Assembly (NCBI GenBank): GCA_002633005.1
Contig: NMRA01000680.1
Location: 145,095-209,094, forward strand
Length of the DNA: 64,000 nt
Source of the DNA: Phoronis australis
Lineage: Eukaryota; Animalia; Phoronida
Direction: 5' to 3'
Position numbers and translations under genes: made by a program. The notes beneath the pieces were generated by a model. That model had not been told where the DNA came from and searched no databases. It saw only the letters and a list, made by a program, of their open reading frames with translations. Within the stretch, counting starts at the first letter, position 1, and every line of letters begins with the position of its first letter. Shown in pieces: positions 51,310 to 61,718 of this stretch.

Positions 51310-51410
51310 AGCCCGCGCACAAACGTACACAAACGCGTGCACACTAAGGAGCACGCGCACGTGTACGCGTGGACACGCACGCACACACACACCAACACAA
51401 ACACACCTAA
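51310..51410. repeat. Degenerate (CA/CG) microsatellite
   Basis: gcacgcacacacacaccaacacaaacacac. Confidence 0.7.
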
Positions 51411-51790
51411 ACATTCCTTTTATAATTGCAGAACAAACACTCAGATGATAAATGTTGCCGCACCTCAAGAGTATCGCTTGATGATTCCGCTAGGAAGAAC
51501 TGACACGACAAAAATGAAGTTTTGTTAGGCTTGACAACACCATTTTAACAGACAATCGAAAGTTCATCAGTTCTATCATCAATATACCTGGAGTTGACAT
51601 TTTGTGCTTAGACTTCTACATGCATGGTGACACCACGAACATGATGAATTGCACTTTTATCGGCATAGAACTCGACACAACGTGCTTTTCCCAGAGGTAG
51701 AGTTTCGTCTCTGAGGATCACGCCCAGACATGCTTACCTCGAGTTAGCACTTATCTTAATTTTCAAGTCGAGCAGACACACTGGACTTAC

Positions 51791-51911
51791 CTTTAACAAA
51801 TTCCATCACTTTTTGAAATGCCTCGATAGTTTTGCTTATGGGGTCCACCACGTTGTCATGTAATTTGTCAAAAATAGTTGCCAGTTGTGAGATGTCATTG
51901 ATGCCAAAATC
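51791..51911 (-). CDS. Giant gene exon
   Basis: tttacag/gtaagt; DFGINDISQLATIFDKLHDNVVDPISKTIEAFQKVMEFVK; phase 0 to 1. Confidence 0.9.
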
Positions 51912-52024
51912 CTGTAAAATTTATGACGAAAGTGTGCCTTTGTTAATCGCTTGAATTTGGGTGCAAATGCAAATGTATTAAAATGAGTGTAGATAAGCTG
52001 TCACAAGGGAGTAACACAGCTTAC

Positions 52025-52170
52025 CTTCAATATGTTTAGGTTGTAGCTTATATCACCACGGTAACACGCCTTGGCGCGGAAGATGTCGAATTCCCAATTC
52101 ATGAATCCAACCAATCCCTGAACATATGCTTCGTTGTCGATATCAACCTCAAAAAATCCCGAAAGTGGCT
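52025..52170 (-). CDS. Giant gene exon
   Basis: tttttag/gtaagc; PLSGFFEVDIDNEAYVQGLVG...RAKACYRGDISYNLNILK; phase 1 to 0. Confidence 0.9.
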
Positions 52171-52542
52171 CTAAAAATACAGTAACTATACCAGTGAGAA
52201 TTCTGAGGAAAAAATCGTATGGGTTCAACTCAGTTATTCGTATTAGCTCAGTTGTTGGTATAAATCTGTTTTAATTTCAACACAATTTAATGTGAATGAT
52301 GGCGGGATGCAATTTTGCTGTATTTAGGACATTGCAGTCTGTCCGCCAGACGCGTTGCGTCCCATTGCAAGATATTGAGATCTTGTTAAAGTGCGTCTGG
52401 ATTTTGAAGGGGTTTTTAGTCAATGCACATCTTTCGTAACGAGATATCTCTGATGTGTGAGTCCTGAAAGACATTTGTAAAGTTAACGCAGTTCCTGTTT
52501 CATGTACTGCACAGTATGGCTCCAAAGTCTGCTTTCTCTTAC

Positions 52543-52724
52543 TTAGTTGCAGTCTCACGCCATTGCGTATGTTTAGACCAAAACTTGCGCCAATGGCTCT
52601 CGAGCCGATCTTTTTAGACCATTCAACGCCCGGTAGGTAAACTTTGAAACTCAGTGCTTTAAACAGTCTTGCCAAAAACCGCCTTTTTCTACTCTTCATA
52701 AGAAGGGGGTAGGTGTATGACTTC
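52543..52724 (-). CDS. Giant gene exon with RKRR furin-type site
   Basis: attttag/gtaaga; KSYTYPLLMKSRKRRFLARL...LPGVEWSKKIGSRAIGASFGLNIRNG; phase 2 to 1. Confidence 0.9.
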
Positions 52725-53294
52725 CTAAAATACAAAACGGACAATAATTGTAAAGTTACTCCGCAATACGTTTTATGACCTTATACAATGTTCTATAAGT
52801 ATTTGCAACTGTATCCGCTTTGTCAATTTTAGGACAAGTTCTTCGTGATGTTTAATAAAGAATTATAATTGTAGAATCCAGGTCCAAAACCCAGCTATTA
52901 CGTAAAGTTAACCCAGTTATTAGCTAATGAAATGTTGAAAAGTCCACTTACTTTAAAACGAAATCATCGGGCAGAGACCTACATGTAAGCATGACTTACA
53001 TCAAAATAAATTCATTCGCATCAAGCAGCGTGGGTTATGTGATATTTAGAATGCTAATTAAATCGGATTTAGAGGGTCTTACATAACAAAAAATCTGATT
53101 GTGATTTGTACAGCTTTCTTTGTTTCATCTGAGGGGATTCCAGGGCTTCAAAGAGCTGGGACAAACGAAACGCAGAAATCACTTTCCATTTGCGAAAGAA
53201 ACATGTTAACCGTTGAGTTGTTAGCATCTTTGACGAGGTTTATAGTAGCCTCAAATGTAATATTAAACCAGACCTTTCCAAAGAAAATACTTAC

Positions 53295-53425
53295 GCAAAA
53301 ACCATATTGAACTCGTCTGAGCTCACATTCCGTCGCATGGGGTGTTTTTCATAACGGTTGTGAGCTAACTCTCGCACAGTCTCGTAACGATCGTTCAGTG
53401 CCGTGTCCATGAGAACAGATGCGCT
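53295..53425 (-). CDS. Giant gene exon (LLT-like helical region)
   Basis: ctattag/gtaagt; SASVLMDTALNDRYETVRELAHNRYEKHP...; phase 0 to 2. Confidence 0.85.
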
Positions 53426-54745
53426 CTAATAGGTGAAATATGTGTAACATTTTAGTTAAAGCTTACCTGTAAATATTTTTTATAAAAATAGAAGCAACAT
53501 AAAACGACTCATTTACACCCGTTTCATAAAACCAAAGGTAGTGATGTGATTTGTTTTGAAGCCAGATTCAACACTAATTACTTGACGTTAAAACTGTTAA
53601 TCTCAAACTCCAGGTGCGTAGAAGAAATAATCCCAACCTATCCGAGAAGGTGGTTGCCCCAAAGTCGAGGCAGTTGAAAAGTCGAAGTCGTTAAGTCATC
53701 TCGTCGTATTCAAAACACCTAGAAATAGCCCCACCTAGAAAATATTGACCACAAAAGTTTTTAAAGACGTGTTAATCACACTGGATTCGGTTTTATTTTA
53801 TTTAAACTCATTCTTAGATTAGTTTAGTCTCCAGTGCTGACGTGCAATTAATGCGTGGGCTATAACTGATATTTTCTAATTCACGGCAGAGTAATCTGCA
53901 GAGACTACAGACAATGAAAAATTAACATCCATATTAAAGCTTTAAAAGACCCTAGAAATCTCTCCAAAATTTCGGAACATCATACAGATGTACAAATAGC
54001 TCGTCCGCTTTACGTCATGCTTTATTCTTTGTCTTCCAAAACTTCATTAGGAAGTGTTTTGAAAATGTTTGCAGGTTGGCCAATTGATGTTATTTAAATA
54101 AACGATCAATATGAATGTGTTGTGTCTTTTTTATGTAGAAAAACTATTGCTAAACATGTCACCTTCGCACGAATTAGAACAGAGCACAAAACATCAAAAA
54201 TTTATCTAGGGAAATTCTTGCATGGCTTTGACAACGAGTAATAGGAGTTCAATCAACTTGATATTTCACGCATCAGTCCTGATGCGAATTCGGGCATCGA
54301 GGCCTGCGTAATGTTTACTTCATTTTTATAGAAGATGCTTGTATCTGCTTCAATTGAACGCTAACCGGAAACAGAATCGGACATGACTGAAGTAGCGAAA
54401 ACGCAACAGTGGAATGGTGAAGCGGTTTCTTATTTTTTGTGAAAGGATTACCCCACTTCCGGTTACTGGAGTTATGAATGCGCTATAATATGTACCTGCC
54501 CATCATCAATTAATTGAAGTGGTAACAAAGGAAATACAGTCTTAAAGCGATAATTTGTGTGAAACAAAACAAGCCTATAACTCAGTCACGACTTTAATCA
54601 AAGTGAAACAATCTTAACATCTGATCTATAAAGGCTCGAAAATGACAAATTTGCGAAAACTAACCGAACTTTAGACCTGAAATTGGTTATATAGACGATT
54701 AAATTTACTTTATGCCAATTAAATTATAGCCCATATCAAAATTAC

Positions 54746-54963
54746 CTCTTTACATGTGTACCAGCGCAAAGCGTTAATAGCCGATCGACGCCATGATGAA
54801 TGACCTGCGTTTGGCTTGGCGTATGATATAATGTGACCAAGAGCGTCGGCATGACCTGTGTTCCCCAGCGCTTCGATCAACACCATTTTGGAGAGCACGT
54901 AATCGTCTTCCGTTTCGTTTTTCACATTAATCGACCTTCGAACACGTTGGCCGGTATGAAGGG
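54746..54963 (-). CDS. Giant gene exon (LLT-like helical region, RVRR site)
   Basis: gtttcag/gtaatt; LIEALGNTG...WRRSAINALR resembles the LxALGNxG...RxxAxxALR motif of vitellogenin/MTP/apoB superhelical domains; phase 1 to 0. Confidence 0.9.
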
Positions 54964-55115
54964 CTGAAACCATATAAGTGAACTTATTTAAAAAAAAATC
55001 GTTGTTTTCACGTTCGGTCTTGTAATCAAAAGGTCTTAGCGATGACAGGCAATCCTGAAAAATAAGAAATCACTAGTCTAGAATAAATCTTCTTGCATAA
55101 AGGTAGTACTCTATT

Positions 55116-55710
55116 AATGGGGCTATTCGGAAAACCTACAACAACTAGAGGGCGTGCGTGTACTAGTGGTGATAGATTAACAGCCTCGATATCGCGAGCC
55201 CTTTAAATACATGGTGAAATGGCTTGCAGCCGTGCCAACTGAATCTGAGATTGCGTAAAAAGGGTGCTTCTATGAGGGGAAGTAAGCACGACCTCATACA
55301 AAGGTAAGGTNCAGTGGGGTAACTGGTGGGGATAACATCACCGAACGATGTTGATAGAAACTGATTGCTAAAAACTTACCAAGTAATGTTGTGTAGTCTC
55401 CGAATGGAACTGCATAGTCATAGAGCTCACACGGGGCTTCAGCATCCACACACTTTTTGTCAGTTAGTTGACCCCGTTGACCGCAATTGTCCACGAATAT
55501 AGTAACCTTAGGTTTTTTTGGGAATTTGTGGCCACTGTCGAAGACTTGCACCAGGGAAATTAGCAGTAATAAAGCTTAGCGCGACGACGTATTTTGATAA
55601 AAATTCCATCTTTTACCAGTTGTTTACATGCAGACAGCGACGCATGCGCAATTCAATCACCACTAGTACAGCAGCGACACCTCGAGGAGAATTCTCCGAA
55701 TAGCCCCATT
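55116..55710. mobile_element. ~600-bp TIR element carrying an exon-like segment
   Basis: Perfect 16-bp inverted ends aatggggctattcgga/tccgaatagccccatt and inner pair gtactagtggtgat/atcaccactagtac. Confidence 0.8.
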
Positions 55711-56185
55711 GTACTGGTATATTCCAAAAGACTCGTGGGACTTTATAGTGAATTAAGTTTGTGACATGAACAATGGGGGAGCTGCACGCCCATTTCTGTC
55801 ATCAAGATCGCTACTTGAACACAAGCGTGGGTCATCCTGGTTGCAATTTTACCATGCGTTTTCTGTGGGTTGTGATTATATATCGTCGGTTTTTCTCAAA
55901 TTACAGGTCGCTAGTTACTCAGTTTTCGTAACCTGGTGTAACCGATAGATTGTGACTTTCAACTTATTTGAAGTATGGACCCAGGCGGTTACGTTGATTT
56001 CCGCAACTGGACGCGCAACATCAAAGCAGCTTCGCCTGAAAATGCACAGCAGTGTTTCTTTGTTGCAAGCCGAGGTTGGACGAGAGGGAATTGTTAGAGG
56101 TACCAGAAGTGCTTCGCACTTAAGTGCTCACTATAACGGCATACATGTATGTGGATGAAGGTTACTGGCAAACAAATTGGGGGTG

Positions 56186-56434
56186 CATGCGCGTACCCAG
56201 CCTAAAATTTAGGGGGGGGGGGGCTCGAATTTTTCGATATGCGGACCTTTTACTGAAAAAAGTCAACGTGGACTAAACAAAACGGAGCCACTAGGTTCAG
56301 GCCCACGTATTGTGCATCCGCGCCGACTTCCCTTGGACTTTGTAGACTTTTGTCTCGTTTATCCGAACGTTTTGTTTCACTGAGCCGGACCTTTTTTGCC
56401 CAATTCACCAAACGAGCCCCCTGGGTGCGCCCAT
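56186..56434. mobile_element. ~250-bp MITE
   Basis: catgcgcgtacccag...ctgggtgcgcccat inverted ends; homologous to 39018-39288. Confidence 0.75.
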
Positions 56435-56832
56435 AGGATGGGCTTTTCAACGAAACGTTTACGTTTCAATGTGAACATTTTGAAAAACCCGGGAAGGATG
56501 TTTAGTCGCACACACCTACATGTACTGTAGGACGAAAAATGCAGATCGGTGTGCCTTGTTTTGATGCAGATTTTGGAAACGCGGAAGTAATCTGTTCCAT
56601 TCCAATCGTGAAATATTCATTACGGAAGCATATTCTGATACTCAAAATACGAGTGCATGTTTCACAATGGCTTTATCAATTACAGCTTACCATCACTAAG
56701 ATAAGAGATTCCACAAATTCGATCAGTACATACAATTAAATACACGCGAGGATTGCGACCGGAACGACCTGCGACTAGCAATCGTAGTAGCGAAATAAAC
56801 GGTCATACATGAAAATAGCTCTAATTACTTAC

Positions 56833-56973
56833 CTCCGTCATGTCGGCCAACCCAAGTAGCTAATTCTAACACAATTTCTGTGGCGAGTGTCTTGTTTGTT
56901 TTAGAAATAGTCTTGGCCAGTCCTCCGAGAGTTAAACAAGCACTATGAGTCTGCTGGGATGTGTTGTGAAATC
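56833..56973 (-). CDS. Giant gene exon (LLT-like helical region)
   Basis: tattcag/gtaagt; FHNTSQQTHSACLTLGGLAKTISKTNKTLATEIVLELATWVGRHDG; phase 1 to 1. Confidence 0.9.
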
Positions 56974-58160
56974 CTGAATAAACCAAATGTTTTAGTGAGA
57001 CTCTAGTGACAATCAATGATGTTTATATGGCATTTACCGTTTAATACACCATAAGCTTATATACATTGTGCTGGCTTTTAGCCATTCTCTTATCAACATC
57101 ACACAAAGGAGACGATACAATACTTGAAAATGCTTTTTAGACAATTGTGTGAAATTCACTTCCGACCCCAATTCAATTTGTAAAGCCTATCGGCTTTTTG
57201 TTGTGCTGGGACCTCGCGAAATTACGCAATATGGCATGAAAAGACAGCTTCCCCTATCATTTTGGGGTTGCATTTTCTTATTTTCCTAAGACTTAGCAAC
57301 ATGTAAATGTAGCAGTAACTGGTTAGTCCAATACATCTAAAATATCAAAATTCCTTTGAAGTTCGGCTTTAACGGAATATGTACTGTACGTTGACCAGAC
57401 AATCAAGACCACCTATGAACAAAGATAAATTGGGGAGGAATCAGCCAGGCTTCTGTTCCATAAAAAGAGTTAAAGCAAACATTTGACTGTAGTCTCTACG
57501 CAAGTTTGTATACACATAGCTGTGAAATAAAGAGATGATTTTAACACAATATTTCTTGACAGTGACGTGATCATAAGTGCTTGACTAAGCTTTTTTCAGC
57601 TACAGTGAAGTGGGAGTGAAAGACCAGATTTCTGTCTTAAGTTTTAAATCACTTTCATGACACAGACCAAGGAGCTTGATCAACGTGTCAGCAGCAACAT
57701 GTCATACCACGCAAGATTTGATGGCGGTTGCGATAAGAATCGAGCTTCAAAGTGAAGATTGCACCAGGAGGTCGTATAAACATCCGTTACAACTGTAACG
57801 TGGTGCTGAACAGTTCAGCCGCGACCAATTTGCGGTGCGAACATTTTAAATTCTAGCTAAGCATAGACCAGGCCTAGGGGCAAGCTTGAAGTATAGTAGG
57901 GGTTGCATGTATCCTCAAAAATACAAGATACAATAATGTTTCTGCGCTCATCTTTAGGGCTCGTGATGTGAAATACACTAAAAACTCAAAACTGTTCACT
58001 CTTGTCTTAGAATTTTAGACAGAGGGAAAACAATTTGACAAGTCCTTCGATGTGTTTTCTGCTTTGCAAAACCCAGTAATAGCTGTTCTGTACCAACACC
58101 CCCCCCCCTTACAGTAAGATCGTGATCAGGCATTTAGTATTATAATTATCTTTCACTTAC

Positions 58161-58215
58161 CATGGTTCCTCTTGTCCTTCCCTAAACATAGTTCACGCAC
58201 GGCATTGACGACATC
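58161..58215 (-). CDS. Giant gene exon
   Basis: catttag/gtaagt; DVVNAVRELCLGKDKRNH; phase 0 to 1. Confidence 0.8.
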
Positions 58216-59139
58216 CTAAATGTTGATAAGAGAACTCTAAATGTTTGTTGCTAAACAATAAGTAGTTCAATGTATAGAAACTGGTTTGTCATGAGGTTTT
58301 AGTAATTAAAAATCTGACAACTTAAAGTTATGCAATGCGCTACAAAAATTCCAATTTTGGCCAATTTCGGAACATCGTATCTCAGATATGGCTTATTGGA
58401 TTCACTCGAAAGTTTCAAATACAGCGTCTCTTGCTTCATTCGCTGTTTTACAAAGCGCTGTAAGTAACCGCTTTTAAAATGTTCCACTTCTGCATGAGGG
58501 AATATCAAAAATAGGACTTCAAGAATTTTTATGAAACTGTTGCTTAAAACAAAACAAAATGATTTTTTAGAAAACTGTAACATTTTTTTAAAATGCTATC
58601 TTGAGCATTTGCATTATACTAAATTGGTTATTTTAGTGATCCTTCTTTTGCTATGGCTGCACCTTTACTTTGTGCTCAATTCTTCTTAAAAAGCAAGGTC
58701 ATGATAAACTTGGCGCAGGTAAGTACAACGTAAAAAACAAACTTTACAAAATTTCTACTATCAGAAAAATGTATAGTTTGGATGACTTAGAACCTACAGT
58801 TTTGTACATGTTTGGCTTAAACTACAGACTTGTCCATACGGTCCTACATGACTTTGAAGCGACAATAAGACCACGCCTTCTAAAGAAATAACAACTTCTG
58901 ATTAAGGCTGATGATATACGTACATACAAGTTTTCAAAATATCTCACCTCGTTTTTATTCAGGTTTAGAAATGACTGTTAATAGAATAGAATAAAATAAA
59001 ATAAAATAATTGCAGGCGATAGGATACACGTTGTACAAGACGTGCGCAGGCCGCGCATGTGGGCCCATTGCACTGATCACTTGGAACCATTTTTATGCTT
59101 CATTAATATATGCTTAAAACCGAGCTGCCGTGCTAGAAA

Positions 59140-59240
59140 TTTGGCTCATGGACTTAGCAGTGTGAGCCACTGGAACTCGAACCCACGACCTTGCGTAAAA
59201 AATGCGGGCACCAATCACATTAGCTCACACTGTCTCCTCT
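59140..59240 (-). mobile_element. Possible tRNA-derived SINE remnant
   Basis: ggaactcgaaccc is the reverse complement of a B-box (GGGTTCGAGTTCC). Confidence 0.35.
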
Positions 59241-59289
59241 TACTTTTAGCAGAATAACTGGCAAACAGTAATTATTCGTCAGGGCATTT

Positions 59290-60100
59290 GTTGTCTTGTT
59301 CATGGAGCGTTCGGATGAATTCCAGGCATTTTAATTCAGCCAAAGAATAAGAAAACGGTGAAGTTGCTTTGAATGATCAAATGCGCCTGCGAAGACCCCA
59401 AGACACGTTAACGTGATGGAAAGTATTATGTAACGAGTAAAGTATCGGATAAAGTTGTTGAAAATGCTTCTTACTAGATACGCTAAAGCGGCTGACGACA
59501 TGTTAGCCTATTTAGATAGGAATGAAAAAAATACTTGGATATCATCTGTTAGACATTTGCTATTAAAGCACGGTTTTTATGAAATTTAGTTGAATGAAGG
59601 GAGTGTCGCATGCAAAGGGTCGGTTTTAAATTTCATCGCTTAAAGAGTTAATGACTGATATGAGCATGGTAGTCGATCAGAAATAGAGCACAATAGAAAA
59701 CTTAAATACTACTGCGTTCTTAAACGTTTACTCGGAAAAGTTGTTCTTACCATAGGCTGCAAGTGGAAGTCGATAGGCATGAGAAAGTGCAATGTGACAA
59801 AAATTATGATCTATTTGCAGTGATGGTCTTGTAGAGGAAGAGTATCGGCTCCTGTTGATTTGCAAGAGATATTATCAATGTAGATCGTCACGTTTCATGT
59901 AAGAAGTTCAGTGGAACCATCCAACTCAAGAATCCTGTATACGTTTGCCAGCGAAACCAGATATGTATGCTATTAATTATGTGTATTGATGCCCTTACAA
60001 GAAGAGAACAAATCTCAAATGGGTTTACTGCGTGGGCAAATTTGCCTGCTTAATTTATGTTTACTGCACTTTGAGCCAGAAGCCTTTCATACAAATAACC
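59290..60100 (+). mobile_element. Degenerate 3' end of a non-LTR retrotransposon ORF2 (RTEX-like)
   Basis: Interrupted frames give TWISSVRHLLLKHGFYEI, KLKYYCVLK and ICSDGLVEEEYRLLLICKRYYQCR (CxxC..EDExH...C..Y...R relic) with stops. Confidence 0.7.
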
Positions 60101-60256
60101 GCATGAAGTATAATAATGCCAACGATAAACAACTTTAAATGATTACCTTTCTCAGTGACTGAACTGCTTCCGGAGTGTAAATTGTGTTTAAAACGGCTCC
60201 TGACATTGTGTACAAGCGACTCATGTTTTTGAAAATATCACAAAGACCCACTTTAC

Positions 60257-60543
60257 CTGGTTTGGTTGATCAAGACCAACAAACTGGAACAGAATACGTG
60301 CAACTTCCTCTTCGTTGGGATGCGGTCGTTTGAGCACACGCCTTACCAACAAAGACTGTACACCAGGCGTCGCTATCTGACACATCACGTCAATAATCAA
60401 ATAGCGATCATCCTGGCACCTGTTGTCGTGTTCAGAGCACGTGCGGTCTAGCAAGTCACTTCCCAGAGCAACCAAGTCTTCTGGATACAACTTCTTTAAA
60501 CTTTCTTTCAGTTGATGGACGCATTCAGTGCGGTTTGTTGCAT
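60257..60543 (-). CDS. Giant gene exon (LLT-like helical region)
   Basis: ttcgcag/gtaaag; ATNRTECVHQLKESLKKL...YLIIDVMCQIATPGVQSLLV...LDQPNQ; phase 1 to 0. Confidence 0.9.
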
Positions 60544-60767
60544 CTGCGAAAGAACTGGTCTTATGGAACGTCTGTTTAGAATTCCCTGCGGGTATCTCGA
60601 ACAAAATTATCAAAATCTACACGAACGTTTTTGGAGAAAGTCTCAATCTGCAAACCAGTGACACAAGTTCCCGCGTACATTAAAAAAACGCTGTTTGGGA
60701 AGTTTAAATCAATTTTACCGTGAGACTGACAAATACACACATGTTCCTTATGATGAAGCTCACTTAC

Positions 60768-60852
60768 ACTTGTCCTCGTATCTTTTGATGCACTCCATGC
60801 TATCGTTGATTTCAGCCGTCATATTGCTCAAGTGAAAGAGGCGAGGTGGTTT
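60768..60852 (-). CDS. Giant gene exon
   Basis: attttag/gtaagt; KPPRLFHLSNMTAEINDSMECIKRYEDK; phase 0 to 1. Confidence 0.8.
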
Positions 60853-60887
60853 CTAAAATCGGAGTTGTAGATTTTATGTACGTAATT

Positions 60888-60954
60888 ATGAGTGGTGTAG
60901 TGGTAAAGTCGGCGACTCGAAACTCTTGACGCCTGGGTTCGAATCCGGCCTCGG
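60888..60954 (+). mobile_element. tRNA-derived SINE head or tRNA pseudogene
   Basis: A-box TGGTGTAGTGG (60893) and B-box GGTTCGAATCC (60936) at tRNA-like spacing; no convincing acceptor stem. Confidence 0.6.
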
Positions 60955-61654
60955 TTATCTCACTAAATTTATAGGTTATTACACGGTTGTATCTGCCATT
61001 CGAGGCTAATGTTGTGGTATAAATATAAATATACGTGTATTTAAAGTTGCAGTTATGTGACAGAGAGGACGTTTGATTCAAATATGTAAACACAGACATG
61101 TTATGTGAAAATGTCAAATAAAATATGAAGTTAACGTGTTTACTATAGTCAATAATAATAAAAGAATCTTCACACTTCAATAACTGCTGTACAACTTGTC
61201 AGTTCCAAACATCAAATATTTTAACAGTTTTGTAAATTAAATTTGCTAATTTGGCTCATCAGCCAAGTAAGACTCGTGGCTGATAAAACGTGTAAGTAAA
61301 TACAGAAATTTCAAAGTACCGATGCAAAAATTGTGACCAAATAACCTAACATGCTGAAATGGTGATGGTTGACACTGAAATGTAATATTATACCAGAGCA
61401 ATGACTATTATATAATGTAAATCTGAAATTATGTTAAAGTACACTCAAGGAAATTGCAGAAATTCGAAGGGAACGTTCACCTGCCACGCACCTCATTTGG
61501 TGGCTATTTCTAACTGCACCATCGGATTAATCGTATTGTTTTCACCATCATCATAATTATGTTTGCTATTCGAGGACTATGAAATAAAATTCTCTGTCAT
61601 ACTCTTCCAAACGCTATGAAATATTGCATTGTTGTAAAGCGCCAACCACCTTAC

Positions 61655-61718
61655 CTCACGAGGTAGAATATCATCCCGTTTCAGATTTTCATGACCAGAG
61701 CTTTCCTTTACCAGGGGA
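61655..61718 (-). CDS. Most 5' exon of the giant gene supportable here
   Basis: ttttgtag/gtaagg; PLVKESSGHENLKRDDILPRE; phase-0 end fits 60852. Confidence 0.65.

Larger units (their letters stand above)
3505..61718 (-). other. Giant multi-exon gene (5'-incomplete): LLT-like / M23-like / PAN / FN3-like repeats / GH16-like / ZP-like / TM protein
   Basis: About 50 GT-AG exons chain with consistent phases into one reading frame of ~14 kb; unresolved points are the junction near 7.3-8.0 kb, two weak small exons and an N at 42200. Confidence 0.85.

Noticed and set aside
60888-60954. Functional tRNA gene
   Set aside because: A and B boxes are present but the acceptor stem is not convincing; treated as SINE or pseudogene
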